A DNA stretch of 32,000 bases, from contig NZ_CP011041.1 in the NCBI RefSeq assembly GCF_002310835.1, positions 1,890,001 through 1,922,000 of the forward strand. Direction: 5' to 3'. The notes below the pieces were generated by a model. The model saw nothing but the letters and a program-made list of their open reading frames with translations. It was not told the origin of the DNA and made no database searches. This document shows, one piece after another, positions 1 through 9,207 of this stretch. The translations under genes and the position numbers were made by a program. Source of the stretch: Pseudoalteromonas tetraodonis (lineage in GTDB: Bacteria; Pseudomonadota; Gammaproteobacteria; Enterobacterales; Alteromonadaceae). Positions within the stretch are counted from its first letter, which is position 1; every line of letters begins with the position of its first letter.

Positions 1-104
1 GCAAATACATCAATATTTTTGTCGACTGCTCGCGCTAATAATTCCTCAACGGTTAAATGGCCGTCTGAGTGCGTGGTGTGACTATGTAGGTCGTATTTTA
101 TCAA
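1..104 (-). CDS. trpH: PHP-domain phosphoesterase (TrpH/YciV, RNase AM family); N-terminal fragment, the rest runs off the window
   Basis: Reverse-strand translation from TTG (104-102), with an in-frame TAG 9 nt upstream, gives (M)IKYDLHSHTTHSDGHLTVEELLARAVDKNIDVFA. This matches the DLHxHT..SDG N-terminus of PHP proteins. The gene is divergent from trpE, as in E. coli. Confidence 0.6.
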   Translation of the reverse strand, partial: MIKYDLHSHTTHSDGHLTVEELLARAVDKNIDVF

Positions 105-186
105 ATGAAAACTACTTAAATTTAGGGTTTAACGGTGTTTCACCCAGTATAACAAGTTTTTTAACTAAATTGTTTTAAATAAACAC

Positions 187-216
187 TTGACACAAAAGCA
201 GTTGATACGTTTTACT
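187..216 (+). promoter_or_regulatory. Candidate sigma70 promoter for the trp leader/operon
   Basis: TTGACA at 187-192 and TTTACT at 211-216, 18 nt apart, about 35 nt upstream of the first leader ORF. Motif reading only. Confidence 0.3.
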
Positions 217-250
217 GTAGCCACTTTTAGACATTAAAGAATTAAGAACA

Positions 251-295
251 ATGAAAAATACAATTCACAACATCATTTGGTGGTGGCACTCTTAA
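251..295 (+). CDS. trp leader peptide 1 (14 aa, MKNTIHNIIWWWHS)
   Basis: Mini-ORF with three consecutive TGG codons at 278-286, followed by an intrinsic terminator at 337-363. Same architecture as E. coli trpL. Confidence 0.6.
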   Translation: MKNTIHNIIWWWHS

Positions 296-336
296 AATCA
301 AGGGTGATGAATTGTCGTGTCTAAACAAAAAATTCT

Positions 337-363
337 AACCCGCTACCATGCGGGTTTTTTTAT
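337..363 (+). terminator. Attenuator terminator 1
   Basis: Stem AACCCGC (337-343) pairs with GCGGGTT (350-356), loop TACCAT, then a T-run to 363. Confidence 0.65.
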
Positions 364-403
364 CACTAAATTTTGCAATACAAGATTAACAGGAATTAAA
401 AAC

Positions 404-454
404 ATGAATAACGTAAACACTCTTACACATCATTGGTGGTGGCGCCTGGCATAG
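404..454 (+). CDS. trpL: trp leader peptide 2 (16 aa, MNNVNTLTHHWWWRLA)
   Basis: Mini-ORF with AGGA 9 nt upstream and three consecutive TGG codons at 434-442. GCGGG at 455-459 can pair with CCCGC in the 5' arm of the terminator, which fits an antiterminator. Confidence 0.7.
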   Translation: MNNVNTLTHHWWWRLA

Positions 455-496
455 CGGGACGGTAATGGTCTATCTATAATTTAGACATCGTTATTC

Positions 497-537
497 AAAC
501 CCCGCACTGCTTAGCATTGCGGGGTTTTATTTTTTTT
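497..537 (+). terminator. Attenuator terminator 2, immediately upstream of trpE
   Basis: Stem AAACCCCGCA (497-506) pairs with TGCGGGGTTT (518-527), followed by TATTTTTTTT. Confidence 0.75.
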
Positions 538-549
538 AGGGGATGAGGT

Positions 550-2118
550 TTGATTTTTAGTCATATAACAACAACACCAGGTGAAGTGACCAGCATAACG
601 CAAGTACGAGACTACATAAGTAGCCCACTTGCATTGTATGCCGCACTTGATAAACCTAACTCACTATTACTTGAGTCTGCAGAGATAGATTCTAAAGATA
701 GCGTAAAAAGCTTAATACTTGTTGATTGTGCACTGCGTATTGTCTGCCAAGGCAACCAAGTGAGCGTAACAGCACAATCAAATAACGGTCAGCAGTTACT
801 CAACTATTTACAAGCTAATGTAAAAAACTGCGCATCCCAGTTAACCGATACCACATTAACACTGGAGTATCACCCAGCAGATGACACAATTGACCAAGCC
901 AGTAAGCTGATTGCAGATAACGCTTTTAGCGCATTACGCACCTGTTTAAATAGCATCAAAAGTACCACTAACAATCCATTCTCGGTGTTTTTAGGCGGTG
1001 TATTTGCCTACGACATGGTGGCTAATTTTGAACAGCTAAGCGATGTACACGACGGAGAAAACACCTGTCCAGACTATGTTTTTTATTTAGCAGAAACACT
1101 GGTTGTTATTGATCATCAAAAACAAACAACGGAATTAATTGGTAACGTATTTAATGGCCCTGATGTACATGCGAACTGCTTTGAAGTAGGCAAACAATTA
1201 GAGCGCTTGAATACATTATGCGACCACGCTGCTGACTTTAGCGCACCGAGCCAAACTGGCGACTGCCCAGTGAGTGTTGATATTAGTGATGAGCAATACT
1301 GCCAGCAAGTAATTAAGCTCAAGCGACACATAGTCGATGGCGATATTTTTCAAGTGGTGCCTTCTCGTACCTTCTCACTACCCTGCCCTGACTCTTTACA
1401 TGCCTACAGCCAGCTAAAAAAACAAAACCCTAGTCCGTATATGTTTTACATGCGCGATGAAGATTTCTCATTATTTGGCGCATCTCCTGAGTCCGCGCTT
1501 AAATACGAAGTTCAGTCTCAACAGGTCGAGGTTTATCCGATTGCCGGCACACGCCCTCGCGGCAAATTTGCTAATGGACAAATCAACCCTGATTTAGATA
1601 GCCGTATTGAGCTTGAACTTAGAAACGATCAAAAAGAACGTGCAGAGCACTTAATGCTGGTTGATTTAGCGCGTAATGATGTAGCCCGCATTAGCGTACC
1701 GGGTACGCGCCATGCCAAAGAGCTTTTAAAAGTAGACCGTTACTCACAAGTAATGCACTTAGTGTCGCGCGTGGTGGGTAAATTAAAACCCGAACTAGAT
1801 GCCCTACATGCTTATCAAGCCTGTATGAACATGGGCACATTAGTGGGCGCGCCAAAGGTAAGAGCTGCAGAGCTTGTACGCCAAACCGAAGGGAAACGCC
1901 GCGGCAGTTATGGCGGCGCAGTTGGCTATTTAACTGGTGATGGTGCAATGGATAGCTGTATTGTTATTCGTGCAGCCTTTGTTAAAAATAATATTGCTTA
2001 TGTGCAAGCTGGCGCTGGGGTTGTGTTTGATTCAGACCCAATGTCAGAGGCTAACGAAACCCGCGCTAAAGCACAGGCGGTGATCACCGCGATTAAATCG
2101 ACATATGAGGCTGTATAA
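550..2118 (+). CDS. trpE: Anthranilate synthase component I
   Basis: The 522-aa ORF aligns by eye with E. coli TrpE throughout (LLLESAEIDSKD, IFQVVPSR, NPSPYMF, IAGTRPRG, LMLVDLARND, GAPKVRA, RGSYGGAVGY). TTG start with GGGGA 6 nt upstream. An ATG at 543 reaches a stop after 5 codons. Confidence 0.95.
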   Translation: MIFSHITTTPGEVTSITQVRDYISSPLALYAALDKPNSLLLESAEIDSKDSVKSLILVDCALRIVCQGNQVSVTAQSNNGQQLLNYLQANVKNCASQLTDTTLTLEYHPADDTIDQASKLIADNAFSALRTCLNSIKSTTNNPFSVFLGGVFAYDMVANFEQLSDVHDGENTCPDYVFYLAETLVVIDHQKQTTELIGNVFNGPDVHANCFEVGKQLERLNTLCDHAADFSAPSQTGDCPVSVDISDEQYCQQVIKLKRHIVDGDIFQVVPSRTFSLPCPDSLHAYSQLKKQNPSPYMFYMRDEDFSLFGASPESALKYEVQSQQVEVYPIAGTRPRGKFANGQINPDLDSRIELELRNDQKERAEHLMLVDLARNDVARISVPGTRHAKELLKVDRYSQVMHLVSRVVGKLKPELDALHAYQACMNMGTLVGAPKVRAAELVRQTEGKRRGSYGGAVGYLTGDGAMDSCIVIRAAFVKNNIAYVQAGAGVVFDSDPMSEANETRAKAQAVITAIKSTYEAV

Positions 2119-2119
2119 A

Positions 2120-2722
2120 ATGAGTGAAGCACACCCTATTAAAATTTACTTTTTAGATAACTTTGACTCATTTAGCTATAACCTTGTTGATGAACTAACA
2201 ATGCTAGGTGCTGAGTTAGTTGTTTACAGAAATAACATTAGCGCTGAAGTAATATTCAACAAAATGCAGGCAGAGCATAAGCAGGTATTACTGGTTTTAT
2301 CGCCAGGCCCAGGGGCACCCAGTGATGCGGGCTGCCTAATGGAATTAATTAGCTTGTGCAAAGGTAAATTTCCAATGCTGGGCATTTGTTTAGGCCAACA
2401 AGCACTAACACAAAGTTATGGCGGAGTAATCGGTCATGCTGGTGAAACCGTACATGGTAAGTCATCAATTATTGAGTTAGACGATCATCCGGTGTTTAAT
2501 GGGATGGGCAGCACTATGCCAGTGGCGCGTTATCACTCATTAATGGCCACAAAAGTGCCTGATAACTTAGCGGTTATTGCAAAGTATCAAGATATCCCAA
2601 TGGCTATTTATCATCATCAAGACACTGCGCTGGGTTATCAATTCCACCCAGAATCTATTTTAACGCCCAATGGCGCTATGCTGCTACAGCAAAGCGTTGC
2701 CTATTTAACGCGTGCCAAATAA
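2120..2722 (+). CDS. trpG: Anthranilate synthase component II (glutamine amidotransferase), not fused to TrpD
   Basis: Motifs FLDNFDSFSYNL, GICLGQQ (catalytic Cys) and FHPES. I prefer the ATG at 2120, with GAGG at 2107-2110, over the track start at 2105, which overlaps the trpE stop. Confidence 0.93.
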   Translation: MSEAHPIKIYFLDNFDSFSYNLVDELTMLGAELVVYRNNISAEVIFNKMQAEHKQVLLVLSPGPGAPSDAGCLMELISLCKGKFPMLGICLGQQALTQSYGGVIGHAGETVHGKSSIIELDDHPVFNGMGSTMPVARYHSLMATKVPDNLAVIAKYQDIPMAIYHHQDTALGYQFHPESILTPNGAMLLQQSVAYLTRAK

Positions 2723-2732
2723 AGGGAACATT

Positions 2733-3770
2733 ATGACTACACAATTACAAAACTCGCTTAATGTTCAACAGGCTATTGAGCACGTTATTGCCAAGCAATC
2801 ATTGAGCTATGCACAAGCAAAAACACTTTTTGATCAAATAATGCAAGGGAATATGAGCGATATTGAGCTCTCTGCACTGTTAATTAGCCTTAAAATGAAA
2901 GGTGAAATAAGCGATGAAATCGCTGGTGCTGCGGCCTCAATGCGTGAAAACGCCTTGGCATTTACAACCAATAAAACTCAACTTGCCGATAGCTGTGGTA
3001 CCGGTGGCGATGGTTCGAACACTATTAATATCAGTACAACCGCGGCAATTGTGGCAGCCGCTGCCGGTGTTAATATGGTAAAACATGGCAATCGCAGTGT
3101 ATCGAGTAACTCGGGGTCTGCTGATTTACTCAAAGCCTTGGGGATCAATATTGATATGACTCCCACGCAAGCGGCTAAATGCCTTGAACATACAAATTTT
3201 ACTTTTTTATTTGCACCGCACTATCACAGCGGTGTGCGCCATGCGATGAACGTTAGAACCACTTTAAAAACCCGTACTATTTTTAATATTCTTGGGCCGC
3301 TAGCTAATCCTGCTGCCCCAGATGTTCAATTGCTGGGGGTATACGATGAATCCTTGTGCCTACCTATGGCGCAAACTCTTCATACTCTGGGCACTAAACG
3401 CGCTATGATAGTTCACGGCTCTGGCACCGACGAAATTGCCTTGCATGGCCCAACACAGGTTGTAGAGCTGGATAACGGCAAAATCACCCAATACACGCTC
3501 AACCCTAGTGATTTTGACCTTGCAAACTATTCACTTGAACAATTAGCCGGTGAAGGCCCACAATACAATGCAAACGCCAGCCTTGCCATTTTACAGGGCA
3601 AAGGTAGCGAGGCACATAACGCCGCTATTATTGTTAACGTTGCTGCATTGCTGTACTTAACTGGCCAAGCACAATCGTTAAAACAAGGTGCACAAATAAC
3701 ACACTCATTATTACGTTCAGGCAAGGCCATGGACACACTAAATGCAATTATTGAGGTAAGTCATGGCTAA
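2733..3770 (+). CDS. trpD: Anthranilate phosphoribosyltransferase
   Basis: Motifs CGTGGDGSNTINIST, KHGNRSVSS and LFAPHYH. I prefer the ATG at 2733, with AAGGGA upstream, over the GTG at 2712, which lies inside the trpG 3' end. Confidence 0.93.
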   Translation: MTTQLQNSLNVQQAIEHVIAKQSLSYAQAKTLFDQIMQGNMSDIELSALLISLKMKGEISDEIAGAAASMRENALAFTTNKTQLADSCGTGGDGSNTINISTTAAIVAAAAGVNMVKHGNRSVSSNSGSADLLKALGINIDMTPTQAAKCLEHTNFTFLFAPHYHSGVRHAMNVRTTLKTRTIFNILGPLANPAAPDVQLLGVYDESLCLPMAQTLHTLGTKRAMIVHGSGTDEIALHGPTQVVELDNGKITQYTLNPSDFDLANYSLEQLAGEGPQYNANASLAILQGKGSEAHNAAIIVNVAALLYLTGQAQSLKQGAQITHSLLRSGKAMDTLNAIIEVSHG

Positions 3771-5127
3771 TGTATTAGACAAAATTATTGCCGATAAAAA
3801 AATAGAACTCATTGAACGCAAAGCAGCGCGCCCACTTGAGAGCTTTAAGCATCAAGCTAAACCCACCACACGTAGCTTTTATCAAGCGTTAGCGGCACCT
3901 GGCACGCAGTTTATTTTAGAGTGCAAAAAGGCATCGCCTTCTAAAGGGTTAATTCGTCAGCCGTTTGATTTAACAGAAATCACCCAAGCGTATAAGCAGT
4001 ATGCCACTTGTATGAGTGTATTAACTGACGAAAAGTACTTTCAGGGTAGCTTTGATTACCTTGAGTTTGTGCGCAGCCAAGTAGAGCAGCCACTTATTTG
4101 TAAAGACTTTTTTATTGATGAATACCAAGTCTATATGGCACGTATTTATGGTGGTGATGCTATTTTACTGATGCTATCAGTGCTTGACGATAAGCAGTAT
4201 AAAGCGCTGCATGCCGTCGCCGATTCGTTAAATATGTCGGTACTAACTGAGGTGAGTAACGAAGAAGAAGTGCATCGTGCACTGGCACTCAATGCACAAA
4301 TAATTGGGATTAATAATCGTGACTTGCGCGATTTAAGCACCGACTTAGCCACAACCGAACGACTACGTAAACTTATTCCTAACGATAAAGTGGTTATTTC
4401 AGAGTCAGGTATTTATACCCATCAAGATGTAAAGCGTTTAGCGCCTTTGTGTAATGGTTTCTTAATTGGCAGCTCATTAATGGCTGAGGCTGATTTATTA
4501 CAAGCGTGTCGCCGCGTAATTCTAGGCGAAAACAAGGTTTGTGGATTAACCCGTAATCAAGATGCCATTGCGGCTTACGACAACGGTGCCCTTTATGGCG
4601 GATTAATTTTTTATCCAAAATCACCGCGCTTTGTCGATTTAGATTGCGCCAAAGAAATCAGCCAAAGTACCCCTCTAAAATTTGTTGGGGTGTTTGTTAA
4701 TGCCGCCATAGCAGAGGTTGCTGAGCACGCTAAACAACTAAAACTGTCTGCTGTTCAATTACATGGCCAAGAAGATGAACATTACATTGCATCGTTACGT
4801 AATGAACTACCACGTCATTGTGAAATATGGAAAGCACAGGCCATTAAAGATGCTTTGCCTCAACCTATTACAGGAGCCGATCGCCATTTATACGACACTC
4901 ACAGTGATTCACAAGTTGGCGGCACAGGCAAAACATTTGATTGGTCGGTGCTTCGCGATGCCACGACCCCATTTATGCTTGCTGGCGGCTTAAACCCAGA
5001 CAATATTAGCGATGCACTTTTTCAAGGTGCTCTTGGGCTTGATTTAAATTCAGGTGTTGAAGAGTCTCCAGGTAAAAAGTGTGCAAACAAACTACATCAT
5101 GCTTTTACAAGTATCAGAAATTATTGA
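3763..5127 (+). CDS. trpC: Bifunctional indole-3-glycerol-phosphate synthase / phosphoribosylanthranilate isomerase
   Basis: The 454-aa ORF is collinear with E. coli TrpCF ([52 protein letters not shown]). It overlaps trpD by 8 nt. Confidence 0.95.
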   Translation: MANVLDKIIADKKIELIERKAARPLESFKHQAKPTTRSFYQALAAPGTQFILECKKASPSKGLIRQPFDLTEITQAYKQYATCMSVLTDEKYFQGSFDYLEFVRSQVEQPLICKDFFIDEYQVYMARIYGGDAILLMLSVLDDKQYKALHAVADSLNMSVLTEVSNEEEVHRALALNAQIIGINNRDLRDLSTDLATTERLRKLIPNDKVVISESGIYTHQDVKRLAPLCNGFLIGSSLMAEADLLQACRRVILGENKVCGLTRNQDAIAAYDNGALYGGLIFYPKSPRFVDLDCAKEISQSTPLKFVGVFVNAAIAEVAEHAKQLKLSAVQLHGQEDEHYIASLRNELPRHCEIWKAQAIKDALPQPITGADRHLYDTHSDSQVGGTGKTFDWSVLRDATTPFMLAGGLNPDNISDALFQGALGLDLNSGVEESPGKKCANKLHHAFTSIRNY

Positions 5128-5134
5128 GGTTAAA

Positions 5135-6319
5135 ATGCAAAATCCAGCTTATTTTGGCGAGTTTGGCGGTATGTTTGTACCCGAACTGCTTGTCCCTGCG
5201 CTTAAGCAGTTAGAAAACGAATTTAATAAAGCACAAAAAGATCCTGAATTTCAGGCAGAGCTAAGTAAATTACTTAACGAGTATGCGGGTCGTCCTACCC
5301 CGCTTACTTTAACGCGTAACTTAGTTAAAAACCCAAAAGTAAAACTGTACTTAAAGCGTGAAGATTTACTCCACGGTGGTGCGCACAAAACAAACCAAGT
5401 TTTAGGCCAAGCACTGCTTACCAAACGTATGGGTAAAAAAGAAGTGATTGCTGAAACAGGCGCCGGCCAGCACGGCGTTGCAACGGCACTTGCCTGTGCG
5501 TTACTTGGACTAAAATGCCGCATTTATATGGGTGCAAAAGATGTTGAACGCCAACAACCAAATGTATTTAGAATGAAGCTAATGGGCGCTGAAGTTATTC
5601 CGGTAACCGCAGGCTCGGGTACATTAAAAGATGCGGTTAACGAGGCACTGCGTGATTGGTCTGCCAATTATCAAGAGGCTCATTACCTTTTAGGTACTGC
5701 AGCGGGTCCTCACCCATTCCCGACTATTGTACGTGAATATCAAAAAATTATTGGTGAAGAAGCAAAACAACAAGTACTTAAAGCCGAAGGCCGTTTGCCT
5801 GATGCGGTTATTGCGTGTGTAGGCGGTGGGTCTAACGCAATTGGTATGTTTACCGATTTTATTGATGAGCCAAGCGTTAAACTCATTGGCGTTGAACCTG
5901 CAGGTAAAGGGTTAGACACGCACGAACATGGCGCAACTATCTGTAAAGGATCAAAAGGTATTTTGCACGGTACTTACACTTATATTATGCAAAATACAGA
6001 TGGCCAAATTGAAGAGTCTTACTCTGTATCGGCGGGACTAGATTACCCCGCAGTTGGCCCTCAACATGCCTTTTTGCACGAAACTGGCCGTGCTCAATAT
6101 GTCGGTATTACCGACACCAAAGCACTTGATGCCTTTCAAGCATTAGCTAAACACGAAGGGATTATTCCTGCGCTTGAATCAAGTCATGCGCTAGCCTATG
6201 CCCTCGAATATGCAGAAGAGCAAACGCAAGACAGTATTATTGTTATTAATTTAAGTGGTCGTGGCGACAAAGACTTAGCCCACGTACACAAGGTATTATC
6301 AGAGGAAGGTCAACTATGA
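5135..6319 (+). CDS. trpB: Tryptophan synthase beta chain
   Basis: From the ATG at 5135 (GAGG upstream) the N-terminus reads [17 protein letters not shown], as in E. coli TrpB. Motifs HGGAHKTN and GGGSNAIG are present. The extra N-terminal residues in the track ORF lie inside trpCF. Confidence 0.95.
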   Translation: MQNPAYFGEFGGMFVPELLVPALKQLENEFNKAQKDPEFQAELSKLLNEYAGRPTPLTLTRNLVKNPKVKLYLKREDLLHGGAHKTNQVLGQALLTKRMGKKEVIAETGAGQHGVATALACALLGLKCRIYMGAKDVERQQPNVFRMKLMGAEVIPVTAGSGTLKDAVNEALRDWSANYQEAHYLLGTAAGPHPFPTIVREYQKIIGEEAKQQVLKAEGRLPDAVIACVGGGSNAIGMFTDFIDEPSVKLIGVEPAGKGLDTHEHGATICKGSKGILHGTYTYIMQNTDGQIEESYSVSAGLDYPAVGPQHAFLHETGRAQYVGITDTKALDAFQALAKHEGIIPALESSHALAYALEYAEEQTQDSIIVINLSGRGDKDLAHVHKVLSEEGQL

Positions 6320-7137
6320 GCCACGTAAAAACTGACCGTTATGGACAAATGTTTGCCGCGCTTAAAGAGCAAAACCAGGGTGCTTTTGTACCGTTTGTAA
6401 CCATTGGCGATCCAGGCAAAGCGCAAAGCATCGAAATTATTAAAAGCTTAATTGATGGCGGCGCTGACGGGCTTGAATTAGGTATTCCGTTTTCCGACCC
6501 GATTGCCGATGGCCCTGTCATTCAAAAAGCCAATATTCGTGCCTTAAATGTGCATATTAATACGCAAGACTGCTTTGATATTATTAAAGAGATCCGTGAA
6601 TATAACGCCGACATTCCAATTGGTTTGTTATTGTATTCAAACTTAATATTTAAACGTGGCTTAGAAAAGTTCTACACCGATGCAAAAGCAGTGGGTGTTG
6701 ACTCTATTTTAGTGGCTGATGTGCCATTACATGAGTCTAAAATGTTTAGAAAAGCCGCCATGGCCAATGGTATCGACCCGATTTTTATCGCTACACCGAA
6801 CGCCAGTGACGATACACTGCGTGAATGTGCCTCATACGGCCGTGGCTACACCTACTTGCTTTCTCGTGCTGGGGTAACAGGTACAGACACCAAAGCACAA
6901 ATGCCAGCAACACATGTGGTTACGCGCTTACAAGAGTACCACAGTGCACCTGCATTATTAGGCTTTGGTATTTCAACGCCTGAAGATGTAAAAGCGGCAC
7001 TTAAAGCCGGTGCTGCGGGGGCTATTTCGGGCTCTGCTGTGGTAAAAATAATTGAAGCAAACTTAGATGATTTAGATGCGATGACCTCGCAGCTAAAAAC
7101 ATTTGTAAGCGATATGAAAGCCGCTACTGCGCTTTAA
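6316..7137 (+). CDS. trpA: Tryptophan synthase alpha chain
   Basis: The 273-aa ORF has an ATGA overlap with trpB. Motifs [26 protein letters not shown] and GFGIS are present. Confidence 0.95.
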   Translation: MSHVKTDRYGQMFAALKEQNQGAFVPFVTIGDPGKAQSIEIIKSLIDGGADGLELGIPFSDPIADGPVIQKANIRALNVHINTQDCFDIIKEIREYNADIPIGLLLYSNLIFKRGLEKFYTDAKAVGVDSILVADVPLHESKMFRKAAMANGIDPIFIATPNASDDTLRECASYGRGYTYLLSRAGVTGTDTKAQMPATHVVTRLQEYHSAPALLGFGISTPEDVKAALKAGAAGAISGSAVVKIIEANLDDLDAMTSQLKTFVSDMKAATAL

Positions 7138-7165
7138 TAGCAAGCTGTGTTTTATCATTATCAAT

Positions 7166-7195
7166 AAAAAAGGGCATGTAATATGCCCTTTTCTA
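7166..7195. terminator. Bidirectional intrinsic terminator between trpA and the convergent DJ-1/PfpI gene
   Basis: AAAAAGGGCAT (loop) ATGCCCTTTTCT. The stem is flanked by an A-run and a T-run. Confidence 0.6.
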
Positions 7196-7210
7196 TTTAA
7201 AAGCCCACAG

Positions 7211-7789
7211 CTAATGCGCTTGGTGCTTACCTTCGATTATTTCTTCAATAAATTTTGCATTAAATGCATCTAAATCTGCAGGGCTGCGGCTAGTGACTAA
7301 GCCGTTATCAACACACACTTCTTGATCTACCCAATGAGCTCCGGCGTTAATTAAATCGCTTTTAATACTAGGGAAAGAAGTCACTTTTTTATCTCTGAGC
7401 TTATTAATTTCAGCTAATAACCACGGTGCATGACATATAGCGGCCACAGGTTTGTTTTTCTTAGCTCCAAAAAAGCCATCAACAAACGCTTTGGCATCTG
7501 TATTTTGACGTAAGCTATCGGGATTAAACAAACCACCCGGCAATAAAAGTGCATCGTAGTCAGCGGCATTGGCATCTGATGCTAATTTATCAACGGTTAC
7601 TTTTTCACCCCAATTATCTTTATTCCAACCTGTGATCTGCCCTTCTTTAATAGACACCACCTCTATATCGGCGCCCGCCTCTAGTAATGCGCTTTGCGGC
7701 GAAAGTAGCTCGCTTTGTTCAAATCCATCGGTGGCTAAAATGGCAATTTTTTTACCTTGTAAACGGGTGCTGCTATGTAAATTACTCAT
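7211..7789 (-). CDS. DJ-1/PfpI family protein (YhbO-like deglycase / general stress protein)
   Basis: The 192-aa ORF is collinear with E. coli YhbO. It has the nucleophile-elbow AICHAPWLL motif and LVTSRSPADL. AGGAG lies upstream of the ATG. Confidence 0.85.
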   Translation of the reverse strand: MSNLHSSTRLQGKKIAILATDGFEQSELLSPQSALLEAGADIEVVSIKEGQITGWNKDNWGEKVTVDKLASDANAADYDALLLPGGLFNPDSLRQNTDAKAFVDGFFGAKKNKPVAAICHAPWLLAEINKLRDKKVTSFPSIKSDLINAGAHWVDQEVCVDNGLVTSRSPADLDAFNAKFIEEIIEGKHQAH

Positions 7790-8011
7790 TAAATACTCCT
7801 TATCTTATTTTTTGATACACAGAGAGGTTTGCATATCACATACCAAAAATAACATACTGATAATATTGGCGTTTTATATAAAGAGATGAGAGTGCTATGT
7901 AAATTATTTACAGTGGTTGCAGATACTACACAGCCATTTTTTAAAAATAAAAATAGCCTGCAAGGTACATGCTTTGTTTGAATAACAAAACTCCCTTACA
8001 AGCACTGACAA

Positions 8012-8281
8012 TTAAAGGCTGTCTTTTAACGCTTTGGCTGGCTTAAATACGGCTTTATTAGCCCCTTCTATTTCTATTGCTTCGCCGGTTTGTGGATTAC
8101 GACCCGTACGGGCTGGGTAATAACTTAATGCAAAAGTGCCAAAACCAGATATTTGTACCTGATCGCCTTCAGACAATGATTTGGTAATCACCTTTTGTAA
8201 GCTGGTTAACGCTGCTTGTGCGTCTTTTTTTGTTAACTCGCTCGTGTGTGCCATGGCTGTAACCAGTTCTGCCTTATTCAT
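8012..8281 (-). CDS. HU family DNA-binding protein
   Basis: The 89-aa ORF has MNKAEL..., GFGTF and ARTGRNPQTGE (HU/IHF arm motif). Confidence 0.9.
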   Translation of the reverse strand: MNKAELVTAMAHTSELTKKDAQAALTSLQKVITKSLSEGDQVQISGFGTFALSYYPARTGRNPQTGEAIEIEGANKAVFKPAKALKDSL

Positions 8282-8512
8282 TTTTTGCTCCTAAATACAC
8301 GCGCTGGCTTTAGCCAACTAGCGTGGCAATACAATGATGTAAAAATAAAAGCAGGCAGGCTAAGGGTTGCAAGGGGGTAAGTCAACCTTAACCAAGGGCT
8401 AAGGGGCTTAGTGAGAGTCATTGGGTTTAAATATAATCAGCTTGGCTGTTTTATAGTCATAAAGATGACTTAATCGCTTGCTAAGGTAAAATAAAAATCA
8501 CCGTGAGCAAAC

Positions 8513-9154
8513 GTGAACGCTAATCAATACCGCTGGTTTGAATTTACCTTTATTTTTATCATCCTGCCTTTAATTGGCTTTAATATTCGCCAGTATTTAT
8601 CTAACTGGCTTATTCCAGCACTGATCATTTTAATGAGTGTGTGCTGTATGCTGCTGCTAAACGACATTCACTTTAAGCGCTTTAGATTAACCAGTATGGG
8701 GCAGTTTTCTGCTGTGAAGCGCCGTATGTTTAGCTTTTTCTTTATTGGCGCATTATTTTCAGGGGTGTTTTATAACCTACTCTACCAAGGACACTGGTTT
8801 ACTTTACCGCGTGAAAACCTCACCGATTGGCTGATGCTATTGTTGCTCTACCCTTTATTGTCGGTGATCCCGCAAGAGTTAATATTTAGAACCTACTTTT
8901 TTCATCGCTATAAGCGCATTATGCCCAGTAAATGGTTGCGCATTATTATTAGCGCCAGTGTATTTGCATTGGCACATATTATTTACGCCAATTGGATAGC
9001 TGTTAGTTTAGCGTTTGTCGGTGGCTTACTATTTGCCTATACCTACGCGCAAAGCCGCTCAACTTTTGCCTGTGTTATTGAGCACAGCTTATGGGGCATT
9101 TGGATGTTTACCCTAGGGATTGGTGACTACTTAGATTCGGGTGCACTGAATTAA
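8513..9154 (+). CDS. CPBP family intramembrane metalloprotease (CAAX/Abi-like)
   Basis: The 213-aa multi-TM protein has the PQELIFR (EExxxR-type) motif and FALAHI..Y, then EHSLWG. The GTG start is uncertain. Confidence 0.7.
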   Translation: MNANQYRWFEFTFIFIILPLIGFNIRQYLSNWLIPALIILMSVCCMLLLNDIHFKRFRLTSMGQFSAVKRRMFSFFFIGALFSGVFYNLLYQGHWFTLPRENLTDWLMLLLLYPLLSVIPQELIFRTYFFHRYKRIMPSKWLRIIISASVFALAHIIYANWIAVSLAFVGGLLFAYTYAQSRSTFACVIEHSLWGIWMFTLGIGDYLDSGALN

Positions 9155-9164
9155 CTAACCGCAA

Positions 9165-9193
9165 AATAAAGCCGCGACAAGCGCGGCTTTATT
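9165..9193. terminator. Bidirectional intrinsic terminator
   Basis: AAAGCCGCG-ACAA-GCGCGGCTTT lies between convergent genes. Confidence 0.6.
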
Positions 9194-9207
9194 AAATTAG
9201 TTTTTAA

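Noticed and set aside
187-250. TrpR operator in the trp promoter
   Set aside because: I could not find the symmetric GTACTAGT-type / CTAG-N4-CTAG arrangement. Only weak ACT..TAG fragments occur around 213-230.
2105-5134. Longer N-termini in the ORF track for trpG (2105), trpD (2712) and trpB (5054)
   Set aside because: The extra residues overlap the preceding gene and do not match the family N-termini. Internal ATGs at 2120, 2733 and 5135 have Shine-Dalgarno sequences and give canonical N-termini.
1116-6521. Antisense or out-of-frame ORFs inside the trp genes (1116-1331, 1691-1948, 2978-3166, 3527-3736, 4146-4352, 4394-4624, 4763-4993, 5251-5523, 6339-6521)
   Set aside because: Each lies entirely within a gene that has strong family-level similarity over its full length. 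They have no RBS and no recognisable motifs, so they are shadow ORFs.
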